DNA from: Eledone cirrhosa
Taxonomy: Eukaryota
Length of the DNA stretch: 64,000 nt
NCBI GenBank assembly: GCA_964016885.1
Contig: OZ024741.1
Location: 277,822,001-277,886,000 of the forward strand
Reading direction: 5' to 3'
Within the stretch, counting starts at the first letter, position 1. Every line of letters starts with the position of its first letter. The notes below the pieces were generated by a model. That model was given only the letters and a program-made list of their open reading frames with translations, did no database searches and was not told the origin of the DNA. This document shows, piece after piece, positions 38,908-52,517 of this stretch. Made by a program: the position numbers and the translations under genes.

Positions 38908-39083
38908 GCGGTGGATTGGCATCGGACGCCATGCTTTCCAGCATAGTTATGTCCCTTTACGATCTGAGTTCAAATCCCGCCGAGTTTGACTTTACCTTTC
39001 ATCCTTACGGGGTCGATAAAATAAAGTACCAGTAATGCACTGGGTAATTGCTGGCCTTGTGCCTAAAGTAGAAACAATTATTA
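38908..39083 (+). mobile_element. tRNA-derived SINE family 1 (representative, with clusters at 1760-2130, 6570-7130 and 59070-59480)
   Basis: B-box-like GAGTTCAAATCCC, conserved CTTTCATCCTTACGGGGTCGATAAAATAAAGTACCAG body and an (ATT)n tail. Confidence 0.8.
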
Positions 39084-39702
39084 TGACCCTTTGACACAAG
39101 AACAAGGAGACACTCTAGTCTTGCTCAGGATAACCTCTTTAGTGTTGGTACCACAATAAAATGCACCCAGTACATTCTGTAAAGTGCTTGCTGTTAAGAA
39201 CGGCAAATCATGTCAAAAATGGAATGTATGACTAAGACACGGCCCTCTGACTAGTATAGAATGGCAGTAACTAAGCTACTTTGTTCCCTGATGACCTGTT
39301 TACCCTATCAGCTTGGAAAGCAGGCAGAAATAATGATAATGAGGGTGGATTATTATTATTTGCAAATAGTGCTCAATCCACCCTCTATGGTGATAGTGCT
39401 GGTGACATGACAAAAGCACCCAGTATATGCAGTAAAGTCTTTAAAAAGAAGATTTAGCTGTAGAAATAAAGACAAAACTCAGCATATGAGCAAGACGTGG
39501 TCACCTAACCTGTCTAGCCTCAGTACATAACTCGTCTAAGCCATGCATCTATAGATAATAGATATCAAACAGAGATGATGATGATATATTTTCTTCTGCT
39601 AAGCAAGTATTTTGGTTCATTTCTGTAATTTACCAATTTTTCATTTACAAAATATATTTTTTTTCTTTTTTATGACCATTATTCCCAAAAAAATTCACAG
39701 CA

Positions 39703-39876
39703 ATGGCCAAAAAGAAGATTGACAGATTTCAGAAAAAAATTCGAAAGTCTGAGTCTAAAAAAATAAACCCTTTTGAGATTAAAGTAAATAAGCAGAAACA
39801 TCACATTCTTGGACGGAAATTACCGAAAAATGAGGCAGGAATTCCAGGAGTGGCACGGTCAAAAGCAAACAAAAAG
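39703..39876 (+). CDS. NOP14: NOP14 first coding exon: MAKKK...NPFEIKVNKQKHHILGRK...GVARSKANKK
   Basis: NPFE.KVN.QK..ILGRK and G.PGV.RS.A motifs of the Nop14 N-terminus. Acceptor at 39700. Confidence 0.93.
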
Positions 39877-40578
39877 GTAATATTTTATTTTATTTTTGTT
39901 GTGCATTTGTTTTATTTATGTTTGAAATTTGAAATGTAGTCACGTTACTGAATAAATGACTATGATAATAGTATAGTCCTCTGTATAATGGTATGGCCAG
40001 AATCATGAAAAAATGCTCCCAATACAAAACTGGGTTGTGTGTTGTGTTCTTGAGCAAAACACTTCATTTCATGTTGCTCCAGTATACTCAACTGAAAATG
40101 AGTACCAGCAATAGCTGGGGTTTTAACCCTGCAATGGATTGGTGTCCTGTCCACTCAGGGAGGTTGTGTACTCTCAGTCACCTCATGCCAGAGAAACCGG
40201 GATAAACTCTGGCTTGATGAGCCTCTGAGCTGAAGACAGACTTTAGACCTTTTTTTTTTAGTACACATAAAGTGGTTGTTGTTAGGCAGCGCTTCCAACT
40301 GTAGAAAGCATATGTATGAGCAAGACATACTCACCTGTCCAGTCTAGCCTCAGTAAGTGGCAGCCCAACAAACCCATTAGTAAGTGTTAAGCAGTGTTGA
40401 TGATGATGGTTTATATATAATAGTTGAGGTCAGGTAAAACAGAATGGCTGGAATATAAAGTTTCTTGATGTTAATATATCTATTTTTTTGTATATATTGT
40501 ATGCCAAATTGATTGTATTTTTCTCCATCCCCCCTCTTTCTCTCTCTTCCTCTCATTCACCATTCCTGTGTATTCCAG

Positions 40579-40713
40579 CGGAAGAACACATTACTCCAAG
40601 AATATATGCAGAGATTCAAAGACAACCAGATTGTTGACAAACGTATCGGAGAGAAAGATGCAAACCTTAGCTACGAAGAAAAAATGAACAAACGGTTTGT
40701 GGCAGAGAAGAAG
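40579..40713 (+). CDS. NOP14: NOP14 exon: RKNTLLQEYMQRFKDNQIVDKRIGE...EEKMNKRFVAEKK
   Basis: R..TLL.EY...K.N...DKR.GE motif, AG/GT boundaries. Confidence 0.95.
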
Positions 40714-41897
40714 GTGAGTGTTGTTTATAACTGTTCTTTAACCCACATGTAAGGGTTCATTGAGTAGTAGAGATCTATAGTTAACACTTTACAGTCTGTA
40801 TCACATAAGACCACACTAGCAAGACATTCTTGGAAAGTACAAATCAGCACTAATTAAATTTTTTACATTAATTTACTGCAAATTTTCACAACAATCTGTC
40901 CACTAGTAAAGACACTATAAACATTTGAATTAACAAAACACATGAAGTTGCATAACATTAAAAGTTAAAGTCTTTATTTTAGTTTACTGCAAATTTTCAC
41001 AATCATCTGTCCACTAGTAAAGATACCATAAGCATTTGAATTAACAAAACACATGAAACCACATCGAGATATTCTTAAAAAGTACAAAACAGCACTATTA
41101 CCGCTTCAATTAAAAATTAGTTTTGTCTTTAGTTTACTCCAATTTTTCAGAATGACCTGCCCACTAGTAAAGATGCTATAAACATTTGAATTAACAAACT
41201 TGTTTTTAGATTTTTTTTCTGCTAAATCATTGTAGGATGTTAAGTGTTTAAGCTGTTCCAATAGTGACTCTTTTGTTTCCTTTTTTTCCAAACATGGAAG
41301 GTGGGGGTAAGATTACACCAGCCTATATGTTTTAATCCTCTTGTGACCATATTTCTATTAAAAGGCATTTAAATGTTTTTCATTGTGGAAGTTTATTGAA
41401 ACTGGTGAACTTTAACCTGCTATGGTTGGAACCAACATTTGTTGTGTTGTAGAATTCTAAGACATTTCTAGCCAGTCAGAAATGATGACAAATATCTTTT
41501 TATTTTTAATTCCTGATTCAGAATGAGCCCTGACTATTTTCTGGCATTCTCTCTTGCTTCTGTTTCTAGAATAGAACACTTCTAGGGGAAGTTTTTAATA
41601 TTCAAATTGCAAGGATAATTACAATTGATTGAAGATTTCCACTTGCTGTATATATAGATGTTCACATACATATCTCTTTCTTTCTCTCTCTCTCTCATAT
41701 ATATATATATTGTTGATGGTAAGGGAAAATTACATATATTGTATCATATCTCTGATACTATGTGGACTACGATCCACATTGAAAGGCCTCTGATACAAAG
41801 GGTTTTTCTGTTGATAAAATTGGTGCTTATTTAACTAATAGAAATTTTAATTTTAGAAAAATTATTTATATATTATATTGTATTTTTGCCTTTCTAG

Positions 41898-42036
41898 AAA
41901 TACCTTGAAAAAAGAAATATTTTCAGTTTAAATGATGAAGAGGATCTCACTCACTACGGTCAATCCCTGTCTGAAATTGAGACATTTGAGGACCCCATAA
42001 ATAGTGATGATGAAGATTATGATGGACGTATTACTG
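41898..42036 (+). CDS. NOP14: NOP14 exon: KYLEKRNIFSLNDEEDLTHYGQSLSEIE...
   Basis: LTHYGQSL motif. Confidence 0.95.
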
Positions 42037-43239
42037 GTCAGTATATTACTCTTTCTTCATTGGTCATTTCAGCCTTGGACATCTGACAGTAGACAATTTA
42101 AATGTTGTTATAATATAAGGACATTTACCTCTTTGTTTTATTTCCATGCATAGGTTTCGGTGCCACGATAAAAAGCACCCTGTCCCCACTGAAATATGGA
42201 TGATCTTAGAAGTGTATCCAGCTGTAGAAACCAAGCCAAAATACAGATCTGTATGAGCATGATATGGTCTCCAAACCTGACTTGTCTCATAACATGACAG
42301 CGCTTCTAATTCATGCAGGCATGGAAAATGGTCATTAAACGATGATGATCATGATGGATAGGACTCTTCACTTATGTCAAGAGAATGACAACCTCTTTAG
42401 TGCTGGTGTCATGATAAAATGCACCCAGTACATTCTGTAAAATGTAGGAACGTACATGAGTAAGATGTGACCCCTGGCATTTCTGTGAGGGCAGTGGCTC
42501 TGATTGATGTCGAAATGGATCTATGATGACCCATCCAACCTATACTAACATGGAAAATTGGATGATTGATGATGATGATATTTAAGACATTAACCTATGT
42601 ACTCTTGCTATTCTTTCTAACATGTCAAAGAACTACATGGTGGCTCTCATTGCCTCAAAATCGCTGTCGCTTAACACTTTAAATGAAAGACATTACTCTT
42701 TTACTCTTTTACCTGTTTCAGCAATCCGGCTGAGGCCATGCTGGGGCACCATTTGTCTAAAATTTTCAAATAATTTTTTAAATAATCAAGAATTTGAAAG
42801 GATTTAGTAATTTTAACTTTCTCATTATTAAGCTATTTTTTGGAGCATAACTTAACAAAGGTTCTTACATAAAATTATAATGGAAAATTTTTAGATAAAT
42901 AAGGAAACTGCAGGAGAGGTAGACCAAGGAAAACTTGGGCAGAGGTGGTGAGAGCTGATCTCAAATCACTGAAACCATGAAAAACAAAAAAAAAAAACAA
43001 GGTCCACCTCAGATGGTGATCTGGTGCTATACCAACAAAGCACCCATTCCATTGTACCTGTAAGATGGTCATGCTGGTCACATGATGAAAAAGCACCTCA
43101 CCTGAAAAATAGACGTTAAATGGTGATGATGATGACAACATATACATTAAGAATTCTAAACAGTTTTATATCATAGAAACAGGGTGGTTTGGTATGGAAA
43201 GGGTGAATCATCTGTTTGGTTTTCATCTTTCTTTTCCAG

Positions 43240-43373
43240 GTAAAATGATTGCTGAAGAACATTTTGGTGGTGGCTTCTTGTCTGAAAGAAAAGGTGGTAC
43301 AGATGAAGATGGTAAGAAGAAACCTTGGAAAGAGAGGATGGAGGAATTGATTACTCAGTCTCGTAAAGAAAAG
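43240..43373 (+). CDS. NOP14: NOP14 exon: KMIAEEHFGGGF...MEELITQSRKEK
   Basis: HFGGG and EELI..S..EK motifs, phase fits. Confidence 0.93.
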
Positions 43374-43754
43374 GTAATCTTCAACAAGATCCTTCTTTAT
43401 GTTTCTCTGACAACCTGTTTATCTTGGTTATTACAAATGTGTGTGTGGGCGTGTTCTATTTTTCTGATCGGTCATGAACAATGTCCCTCCTCCAGATGAA
43501 GACAGAAAAATATATTTCTTCTTCTTCATCCACTTCTTCCTGAGAAGGTCGTTGGGGCATAGTCCTCAAACACTCCTTCCTGTGAGATCCAGCTGGATCC
43601 CCAAGCGAGACCAGCCCAGCTCATGGATGTTATCCAACCGTCTTGCTCGGGATCTACCCCTGGGTCTCTTACCGGTTGGTTTTGCCTATAAAATCTGTTT
43701 AGTGATTTTTCCTGAGACATTCTAATCACATGCCCATAGTACCCGACCTCCCAT

Positions 43755-44052
43755 GAAGCATATAAACAATATGCCCCCACACCCCCCACCGCAAGGTGGT
43801 CGTGGAGGTGCCACGGCAAAAAAGCACCCAGCCCACACTGTAAAGTGGACGTGTAGGCGCCACGAAAAAGCACCCAGCACTCACTGTAAATGAGGTTGGT
43901 GTTAGGAAGGGCATCCAGCTGTAGAAATCAAGCCAGATCAGTTCCTGTATGAGCAAGGCATGGTCAGCCGACCAGACACTGCACACAACAGGACAACCCG
44001 TCTAACCCATGCTAGCGTGGAAGAACGGACGTAAAACAGTGGTGATGATGAT
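43755..44052 (+). mobile_element. Abundant non-autonomous repeat with (GAT)n tail (close inverted copy at about 16940-17190)
   Basis: GGTTGGTGTTAGGAAGGGCATCCAGCTGTAGAAA ... ACCCATGCTAGC ... (GAT)n, with dozens of copies in both orientations. Confidence 0.8.
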
Positions 44053-44869
44053 AGTATTGGAACTGTGATATCTCAATTCAGAAACGTAGCAGCTCTACAT
44101 GGAGTGAATCTCTGATCTCCAAGCTACGCACTCTACCAAGTAACGTTACTCCATTTCAGCTACTTTATTCACGATTGTATTTTTTTCTTCTTTTGGGAAA
44201 AAATATATATAATACAAACAATGGGTTGAGAGAACTCTTTAGTTGTATCAAAGACATGACAATCCTCCTGGTGTTGATGATGTACACTCTAAACACCCCC
44301 TTCACATTCTGTGAAGACCTGTCCAACCCTTGCTAGCAGGGAAAGTAGACATTAAATGATGATGATATATATCATATCCATGTTATAACTCCATTGTTTT
44401 CTCACTCTCTATATATCCATCTTTTCTCACCACTGTTTATCTAGTTATACATACACACACCACCTATTTATCCATATTATAACTTTTTTGTTTATTTTGA
44501 TATTGATATGTTCATTTTATTACACCATAAATGTATGATACTATATATATACTGTATATACACACACATGTACATGTGTGTGTGTGTGAGTGAAATTTGA
44601 AATGACCATAATAATAGTTGAGAAACCAATAAAGTAACCATGGAAATGGGGGGAAAAGTGGAGTTGCCTGGAAGGAACCAAACCCCACGTTTCTGTCTTT
44701 CCATTGTTTTCTCAGCTACTATCTATAGTAATTGACCATTATTATGGTCATTTACGTTAGGATGGTTACATTTCAAATTCTCCCAGTGCTTCTTATGTCA
44801 ACCAGATGTTTATACATACACACACATATATATATATATGTTGTAACTTAATGTTATTATCTCTCACAG

Positions 44870-44971
44870 ATGGAACAACAACAAGTGCGTGAAGAAACCA
44901 TTAGAATGACAGAAATGGTTGATTCCGAATGGAAAACAATTCGTTTCCTCATGTCTGACTCCAACAGTAAG
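44870..44971 (+). CDS. NOP14: NOP14 exon: MEQQQVREETIRMTEMVDSEWKTIRFLMSDSNSK
   Basis: AG/GT boundaries, in frame. Confidence 0.88.
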
Positions 44972-45183
44972 GTAAGGTTGTCTCCCTCTTTTGTCATGTT
45001 GCCTTGGCTTAATGGTCTAAAGCGCTTAGTCAGTATCTGGGAGATATGGGGTGGGGTTCGATTCCTCATAGCAGCTGAAGGCAACTTCTTAAAATGGCAG
45101 TGTCCCAACATGGCCTCAGCCAGTCTGCTGGAACAGGTAAATGAGTATTTCAACTATCACTTTTATTTTTATTTTTTTGTTAG

Positions 45184-45264
45184 CTTTCCCAAGATGAACC
45201 AAAGCGAAAAGTTGATGACTACGACATGAATGTCAGATCTTTGGTGTTTGAGGCTCGGGCAATG
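45184..45264 (+). CDS. NOP14: NOP14 exon: LSQDEPKRKVDDYDMNVRSLVFEARAM
   Basis: D.YD..VR.L.FE motif. Confidence 0.92.
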
Positions 45265-46213
45265 GTAAGTATGAGCCTGTTTCTCTATCAATTCCATCCC
45301 CTTTTCTGTTTTGTTTTAATGTGAAGTTTAACCCTTTCTTTAACATATTTCTAATGAGAGACAGTACCACCTGTGATTTTTAAAGGATTTTGAATGAAAA
45401 TAATCAAGAACTTGGAGAGGTTTAGAAATATAATTAACTTTCTCGTTATTTAGCTGGTGTTTGGAACATAACATAACAAAGGTTCTTATATAAAATTATG
45501 GTGGAAGGTTTTTTTAGAGAAATAAAAGCACTTTAAAATATAGTTTTGTATCATAGAACCAGTGGTGTCCTGTAACATAATATAACAAAGGTTCTTACAT
45601 AAAATGATGATGGAAGGTTTTTAGATAAATATAAACACTTTAAAAGAAACAGTTTTGTATCATAGAACCAGGGGTTATTTCAGTCAGTTTGTTATCAAAA
45701 GAATTAAAATTATGATGGTAGGTCCTGGCGTGGTTATTGCTATTCTGTATGAAATTACTTTCCTAAAAATTGTCTTCTCAGAAGAATGTGCCATATTGTT
45801 CTCTGTCTGTTTGTCTGTCTCCCCCCCCCCTTTCTCTGTTTTAAACTTGACAATAGGTGATCAGAGTTGTTTGAGCATTGAACAAAATGCTTTGCAGCAT
45901 TTAATTATGTTCCTTTATGTTCTGAGTTCAAATTCCTTCATGGTCGGCTTTGACTTACCCCCTTCCTAAATTGATAAAGTAAAATACCAGTCAACTACAG
46001 GAGTTGATTTAATTGCCTATACCTTTCCTCCAAATTTAAGGCTTTGAGCCTATGTTAGAAAGAAAATTAGTATTAATCTCATCATCAATAATAAGGATGG
46101 TGGCTTTGCCTCTCTTCCTGGGGTTGATTTAATTGACTTTCCCTTTCCCCCAAATTGTTGGTCTTGTGCCTAAATCAGAAACCATTATTGTCATCAATAA
46201 TTTTTTTCCCAAG

Positions 46214-46282
46214 GCAAGTAACAAAATGAAATCTGAGAAGGAAGTTGCTCAAGATGAAATGGAAAGACTTGAGAAACTTGAG
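46214..46282 (+). CDS. NOP14: NOP14 exon: ASNKMKSEKEVAQDEMERLEKLE
   Basis: S...K.E.E.A..E.ERL.KLE motif. Confidence 0.9.
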
Positions 46283-47170
46283 GTAAGTTTATCTTGAAGT
46301 ACATCTTTGAGAAGTTACTGTATTGTCTCTAATGTAATGGTGTGTGAGGCTATCAGTGAGTGAAAATATACGAATGTTTATAGAATAGCGTGAGGTAAGT
46401 TTTATTTGCAAAATGATGTTGATGTATGTTCTGCACTGTTAGCTAGTAACTTAACATCTTTGCTTATACAGGCTATTTAAATACTCTAGAAACCTCCTAT
46501 GAGATACAATGTTATAAACCTATATAGGAGTGAGCTGCAAAAACATGATAGGACTGGTGACCCTTTCATTAAAACACCCAAGAAACCTATGAGATACAAC
46601 CTTGTAGGGGGCCAGCTAAACCTATATAGGTTTCAGCTGCAACTAACACTGGTAGGTAGGAGCTGTGCTATCATTAACCCTTTAGCATTTACATTACTCT
46701 ATATTTACTATTGTATTTTCACGGTAAAGGCTTGACCTCACAATTATCTTGCATAGCATCAAATCTATGAGATTTTGATATTATTTATTTTGAGAACAAC
46801 ACCTTAACATTAGTATGAGTGGCTGGTTTGAACAGAAAGAGGTGAGAGAATTATGACCAGTTTAAATGCTAAAGGATTAAAATACTAGAGAAACCTGTAA
46901 GATACAACCTTGTAGGAGGTCAGCTCAGCCTACATAAGTGTGAGCTGTAGCAACAACACAAGGCCCCTATCATTAGAACACCCAAGAAACCTCCTGAGTG
47001 CAAACTCGTAGGAGAGCAACTAAGCCTGCATAGGTGTGGACTGTAACAACACAATAGGACTGGTGTTACTATCATTAAAACACCCAAGAAACCCGTGAGA
47101 TACAAACTCATTGGAGGCCATATGAGTGTGGACTGTAAATTTCATTTTCATTTATTCCATTTTTCCACAG

Positions 47171-47262
47171 AAAAACCGTCTCCTGAGGATGAAAGCTCCA
47201 TGGGAAATTGAAAAACAGAAGAAACGTCAATATATTTCAGCTGATGCTCTTGGAGATGAACA
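47171..47262 (+). CDS. NOP14: NOP14 exon: KNRLLRMKAPWEIEKQKKRQYISADALGDE
   Basis: RL.RM and SAD.L.D motifs. Confidence 0.9.
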
Positions 47263-48842
47263 GTAAGAATTGGTTTCCTATTTATATTTATCTTTCCATT
47301 GAAAATATGTTTCTTGTCAAATTGTTTTATTTAAGATGGTTGCCAATTCTCACTCGTTAACTCTTAGCATCCTGCATCGAAAAGTACAAAGCAGGATTAT
47401 GATTGCATTTCATTAAAATTTAAAGTCATTACTCGAGTTTTGGTGATATACACGATAAAAGCACCCAATACATGCTGTGAAGTTGTTGGCGTTAGGAAGG
47501 GAATCCAGCTGTAGAAAGTTTGCCAAAAGGTGGTTTGGAGGACCCTTCAGTTGGTGTCAAAAGACAACTTCTTTTGTGCACATGATAGAACGTATGACCA
47601 TATGTAAACGAGATGCTGATCCCTAGCCTGTCTGGGAGTTCAGTAGGCCCGTTCAACCCTTGCTAGCAAGGAAAGCAGACATTAAATGATAATGATGAGG
47701 ATGATCTGCCCACTAATAAATATACTACAAAAATTTGCATTAACAAACCCATTTATAGTTATATTTTATGTTAACTCATAACAGGATTTCAAGAGTTAGT
47801 ATCTTCTTAACCCATTTGATACCAAACCACCAAGAATTGTCCCTTATTCTATGAAACAAAACTGTTTATTTCAATGTGTTTATATCTAAAGGGACTGGGT
47901 AAGAGGAGTGAAGGAAATGGATGTGGAAGGAAGTAGAGGAAGCGGAAGACCAAGAAAGGCATAGCGAAAGATGATGGAGGAAATGAAATCCAACGGGGAA
48001 TGACGTTAGGGGAAAATGGCCTTAAAAGGCATTACATCCTAATGTTAGAACCTTTAGGTTATGCTCCTAACACCAGCTTAATAATGAGAAAATTAGTTAT
48101 ATTACTAAATCCCACCAAATTCTTGATTATTTTCAAAATTATTTGAAGATCATAGGCAGTGTTTACGTTAGAAATATGGTAACAAAAATATTAATATTTC
48201 TGCCAGAAAAATTATTTTCTAATTTTATCTTTGATACTAACCTATCCCAAACCAACCTTATTTAACAATGCCAACCATTTTAAATAAAAAATATTCCAAC
48301 ATAATTTTATATAGGATCATCTACACAATAAAAGCAACCAGTACACGCTGTAAAGTTGTTTGTGATAGGAAGGGCATCCAACCGTAGAAAGCTTGCCAAA
48401 CGTGGTTTTGAAGGACCCTCTAGTTTGTGTAAAAAAACATGACAACCTTTCCTGTGCACTCGATAGAATGTATTACCATACTAAGTGAGACACTGACCCT
48501 TGCTAGCATGGAAAGCAGGCATTAAACATTGATGATCCTTTTGTTATGTTATAAATAGCATCTTAATAATGAAACAATAATTTAGTGAATCCCTCTAAAT
48601 TATTAATTAATTAAAATATTGCATATTTCATTAGAAATATGATTATAAAAGGGTTAAAATATGTCCTGGCAAGAATTATTGTTTCCCTTATCATCATTGA
48701 ACACAGGTCATCTCTGCCAGGGTAATTATATAAAACCTATGTGTATGAATACCAGGTCAATATTTAATTACTTGAAACTCATAGCCAGTGTCTTTCATTA
48801 GATCCATGTTAAAAGTTGCTCAATTTTCGTTTGTTGATACAG

Positions 48843-49006
48843 GTTTCTAAATCCCATCCTAAAAGACAAATCAAAGAAAGAAAGCAAGAACAGCAAAAAG
48901 TCTGTGAAATTTAGTGATGACATTGACTCAAATGATGAAGAGGAGAAGGAGGGAGATGAGGATGATAATGACGACGATGATGATGATGATGATGAAGCAG
49001 ATTCTG
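48843..49006 (+). CDS. NOP14: NOP14 exon, Lys-rich then acidic tract
   Basis: Phase 2 to phase 1, open frame, start of the central D/E-rich region. Confidence 0.82.
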
Positions 49007-50231
49007 GTAATTTTAATGCTTTAACATTTTTTTTTCTTTTTGGTGAAGGCATATGGCCTAATGGTTAGGGTGTTGATCTTATGATCCTAAGATTTGTGGT
49101 TCAATTCCTGAGTCGGTGGATGCTTTGTGTCCTTGAGCACCCAGTCCACTCAGTAAGTGTTAATGATGGTGCCATGAAAAAACATACACAGTCCACTCAG
49201 TAAGGTGGTATTGCTGTAATAAAACTCACTCAGTGTGCCCTGTAGTGCCAGTGAGACAATAAAATTTACCAGTACATAGTGGAAAGTGGTTGGCATTAGG
49301 AACGACATCCAGCTGTAGAAAAAATGCCAAAAATGGAACATGAGCAAAGCATGCTCCACTCTGCCTCGTTCATAAAAGGATGATGATGATTTACCATTGA
49401 AGAGTTAAGGTAAAAGTCAGGATTGAGGAATTAACCCTTTAGTATTTAAACTGGCCATATCCGGCCAAAATTCTCTCACCTCTTTCTGTTCTAACTGGCT
49501 GCTCATACTGATGTTAAGGTATTGTTCTCAAAATAAATAATATCCAAATCTCATCATCATCATCATCATTTTACATCTGCTTTTCCCTGCTTGCAAGGGT
49601 GGGATATTATGCGAGGTAATAAATATAGAGTAATGTAAATGCTATTATTGGTGTAGCATAAGAACCCCAAAGACTCAGTCTTTGGCTAGTCAGCAATGCT
49701 AATGTAAAATTTTTGCTGTGTACTCTATACAAATACTCTTAATGAAATTCTCAGGGAGATTCAGCATGACATTGTGTGTGACAAGGCTTATTTGTATCTG
49801 GCTGAGTGGACTGGGAAGCAAACTCATAACTTTACAATCGCAAACCAAACACCTCTAATCACTAAGCCACACCCCATCACAGATACAAGTACCTTTAAAG
49901 AAATTAATGATTTAGCATTTAAACCGGCCATATCCGGCCAGAATTCTCTCACCTCTTTCTGTTCAAACCGGCTGCTCATACTCATGTGAAGGTATTGTTC
50001 TCAAAATAATAATATCAAAATCTCGTAGATTCAATATTGTGGGATAATTATGTGAGATAAAACCTTTACCATAAAAATACAATAGTATATATATAGTAAT
50101 GTAAATGCTAAAGGGTTAAAGTGTTCATACTTATATTAAAGTGTTCATATTTATATCAAAGTGGTCTGTATTTATATTAAAACCTTCCATCACCTAAGAA
50201 TGCTTTAAATAATGTTTTCAAACATCAGGTT

Positions 50232-50494
50232 TGTAGCGACTAGCGCCACCTTGCCCAGGGAGAAAAAACTAATTGGAGTTACTTTCCGGTGAATTCTAGA
50301 AGATTCCTTGAACTTCCGGTCTAGGGATTATAAAGGAGGGAGAAAAGAGACATCTTAGCTTATTTGGCGACGGCTCACGGACAGTTCACTCACGAGCGAG
50401 TTTGTTAACCTTATTATATCTGTATCAAATTAAATTAGTGGTTGGCCTGCAGTGGCGTTTACCAAAGTAAATAACCCTGTGACTAATTCACTAA
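50232..50494 (+). mobile_element. Solo LTR of about 263 bp with AGGTT target-site duplication
   Basis: AGGTT at 50227-50231 and 50495-50499. TGTAG...CACTAA termini, internal TATAAA and ATTAAA, CpG-rich compared with the flanks. Confidence 0.75.
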
Positions 50495-50760
50495 AGGTTC
50501 ATGAAGATGTTATTTATTTTTCTAAATTCCTCAAGATTTTGGATTATTTAAATAATCAATTGAAACACATTCACAATGTCCATTAGAAATATGGTAGCAA
50601 ATGAGTTAATCAGATAAATACATCTAAGTGGACAAAAAGAAACAATGGTGGTGATTTTATTCAGCTTTCTGTTCATACTTGTAAGTGATACTGGTGATAG
50701 TGATGGTGATAATGACAATGTTGATGATGATTGTATTCAATTTTCTGTTCAAACTTGCAG

Positions 50761-50990
50761 ATGATGGTGATAGTGACAGTGAAGGTGATGATGACAATGA
50801 TGATGGTGATAATGACGATGATGGTGATGGTGATAATGACGATGATGATGATGGTGATGAAAGTGATGATGATGTTAATGCTAAAACAAACAAGTCAAAG
50901 CTGGCAGCTGAAAAGGTTGGAAAGAATGATTCATGCAAGGATAGCACAACTGATGAAGATTCTTCAGAAGATGAAGAAGCTGATGCCAAG
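50761..50990 (+). CDS. NOP14: NOP14 exon, Asp-rich low-complexity region
   Basis: ttgcag| and AAG|gttagg boundaries, phase 1 to phase 0. Confidence 0.78.
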
Positions 50991-52159
50991 GTTAGGACTA
51001 ACACCAACAAAATGGATATGTAACTGGTTGGGTCCTTTAGTCTTTATTGTTTTGCAGCTCCTCTTTCACCCTTTGAACACGAGCAGCTGAATTATCAGCC
51101 ACATCGTTGTAGTACCTACAATACAAACAGGCTTACTAGGTTAGGATACATAACATACAAAAGGTTCTTACATAAAATTATAATTGTTTATACTTTTGGC
51201 ACAAGGCCAGCAATTATCCCAGTGTTTTACTGGTATTTTATTTTATGACCCCGTAAAGATGAAAGGCAAAGTTAACCGTTGCAGGATTTGAACTCAGACC
51301 TTCTACCGATTCTGCCATGACAAAATCCACCTAACAAACTCTGTAAAATGGTAGTGCTGGTGCAATGATAAAATGCTTCCTGTTACACCCTGTAAAGTGG
51401 TAGTGCTGGTGCCATGATAAAATGCTCCCTGTATATTCTGTAAAGTGGTAGTGCTGAGGCCATGATAAAATGCAACCAGTTCCCCATTAACTGGTAGTGT
51501 TGGTCCCAAGATAAAATGTACCTGATCCACCATGTGAAGTGGTAGTACTGGTGTCACAATAAAATGCACTCAGTCCACTGTGTAAAGTGATAGTGCTGGT
51601 GCCATTATGAAATGCACCCAGTGCACTGTAACTGTTAGTGTTGGTGCTAAAATAAAATGTCACCCAGTCCATGCTGTAAAATGGTTGGTGTTAGGGAGGG
51701 CATCTAGCCATGTTAAATATCAAAAGTAGGGACATGGCTTAGCTCCCAGACCCATCTAGTGTTGAACTGTGGCAATCCATCCAACCCTTCTCAGTTTGAA
51801 AGCAGACAGTAAAGAACAGATTATTCTTTGTTGCTGAAGTACTTAGCCTTTCTTTATAGCCCAACTGAAAATCAGGGGTTGGTAGGTCTGCCAACAACTT
51901 GGGGCTTTGCTCACATGTCATAGCCTGTGTTGTTGTTGGTTGTCCACTAAAGAGTGCTAGTGCAAGTCTTCACAATATATAACACTGTTTGTTTCATACC
52001 TTGCTGTATTTGTTCTGGATTTCTATACTCCAAGTCCAAATCCCACCAAGATCAACTTTGCTTTTCATCCTTTCGGAGTCAATAGAATGAAATAGCAGTC
52101 GAAAGCAGTAGGTGGATGTAAATATTGAGGTGGTGTGCAGAAGGTGTTCCAATTCTTTT

Positions 52160-52410
52160 CATTGGAATGAGATGGTTGAGTCATGTGTTGAGGATGAATA
52201 ACAGTGACTGCATGAGAGGAATGATGGAAATGAATGTGGAAGGAAATAGAGGAAGAGGAAGACCAAGAAAAATATGGCTAAAGATGATGATAGAAATGAA
52301 AGCCAGGTGTTGGGGGAGGTAAGGGAGAACAGACAATAGGGAAACATTAAGAGGCTTGTCAAGGGATCTACAAGGCTAACCCCTAATTTAACAACGAAAA
52401 TGACCTTAAA
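52160..52410 (+). mobile_element. RTE 3' fragment (related pieces at about 10490-10900 on minus and about 47890-48030)
   Basis: RWLSHVLRM...VEGNRGRGRPRKIW motif. Confidence 0.75.
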
Positions 52411-52462
52411 ACACTTCTTGTTGTATCCTCTCCTTCAAAGTTTTGATTTATTGATTTTTCAG

Positions 52463-52517
52463 AAATTCTCAGAAATATCAGAGAAAGCCAAGAAAGAACT
52501 ACCATTTACATTCAAAG
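52463..52517 (+). CDS. NOP14: NOP14 exon: KFSEISEKAKKELPFTFK
   Basis: ELP(F/Y)TF motif. Confidence 0.9.
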
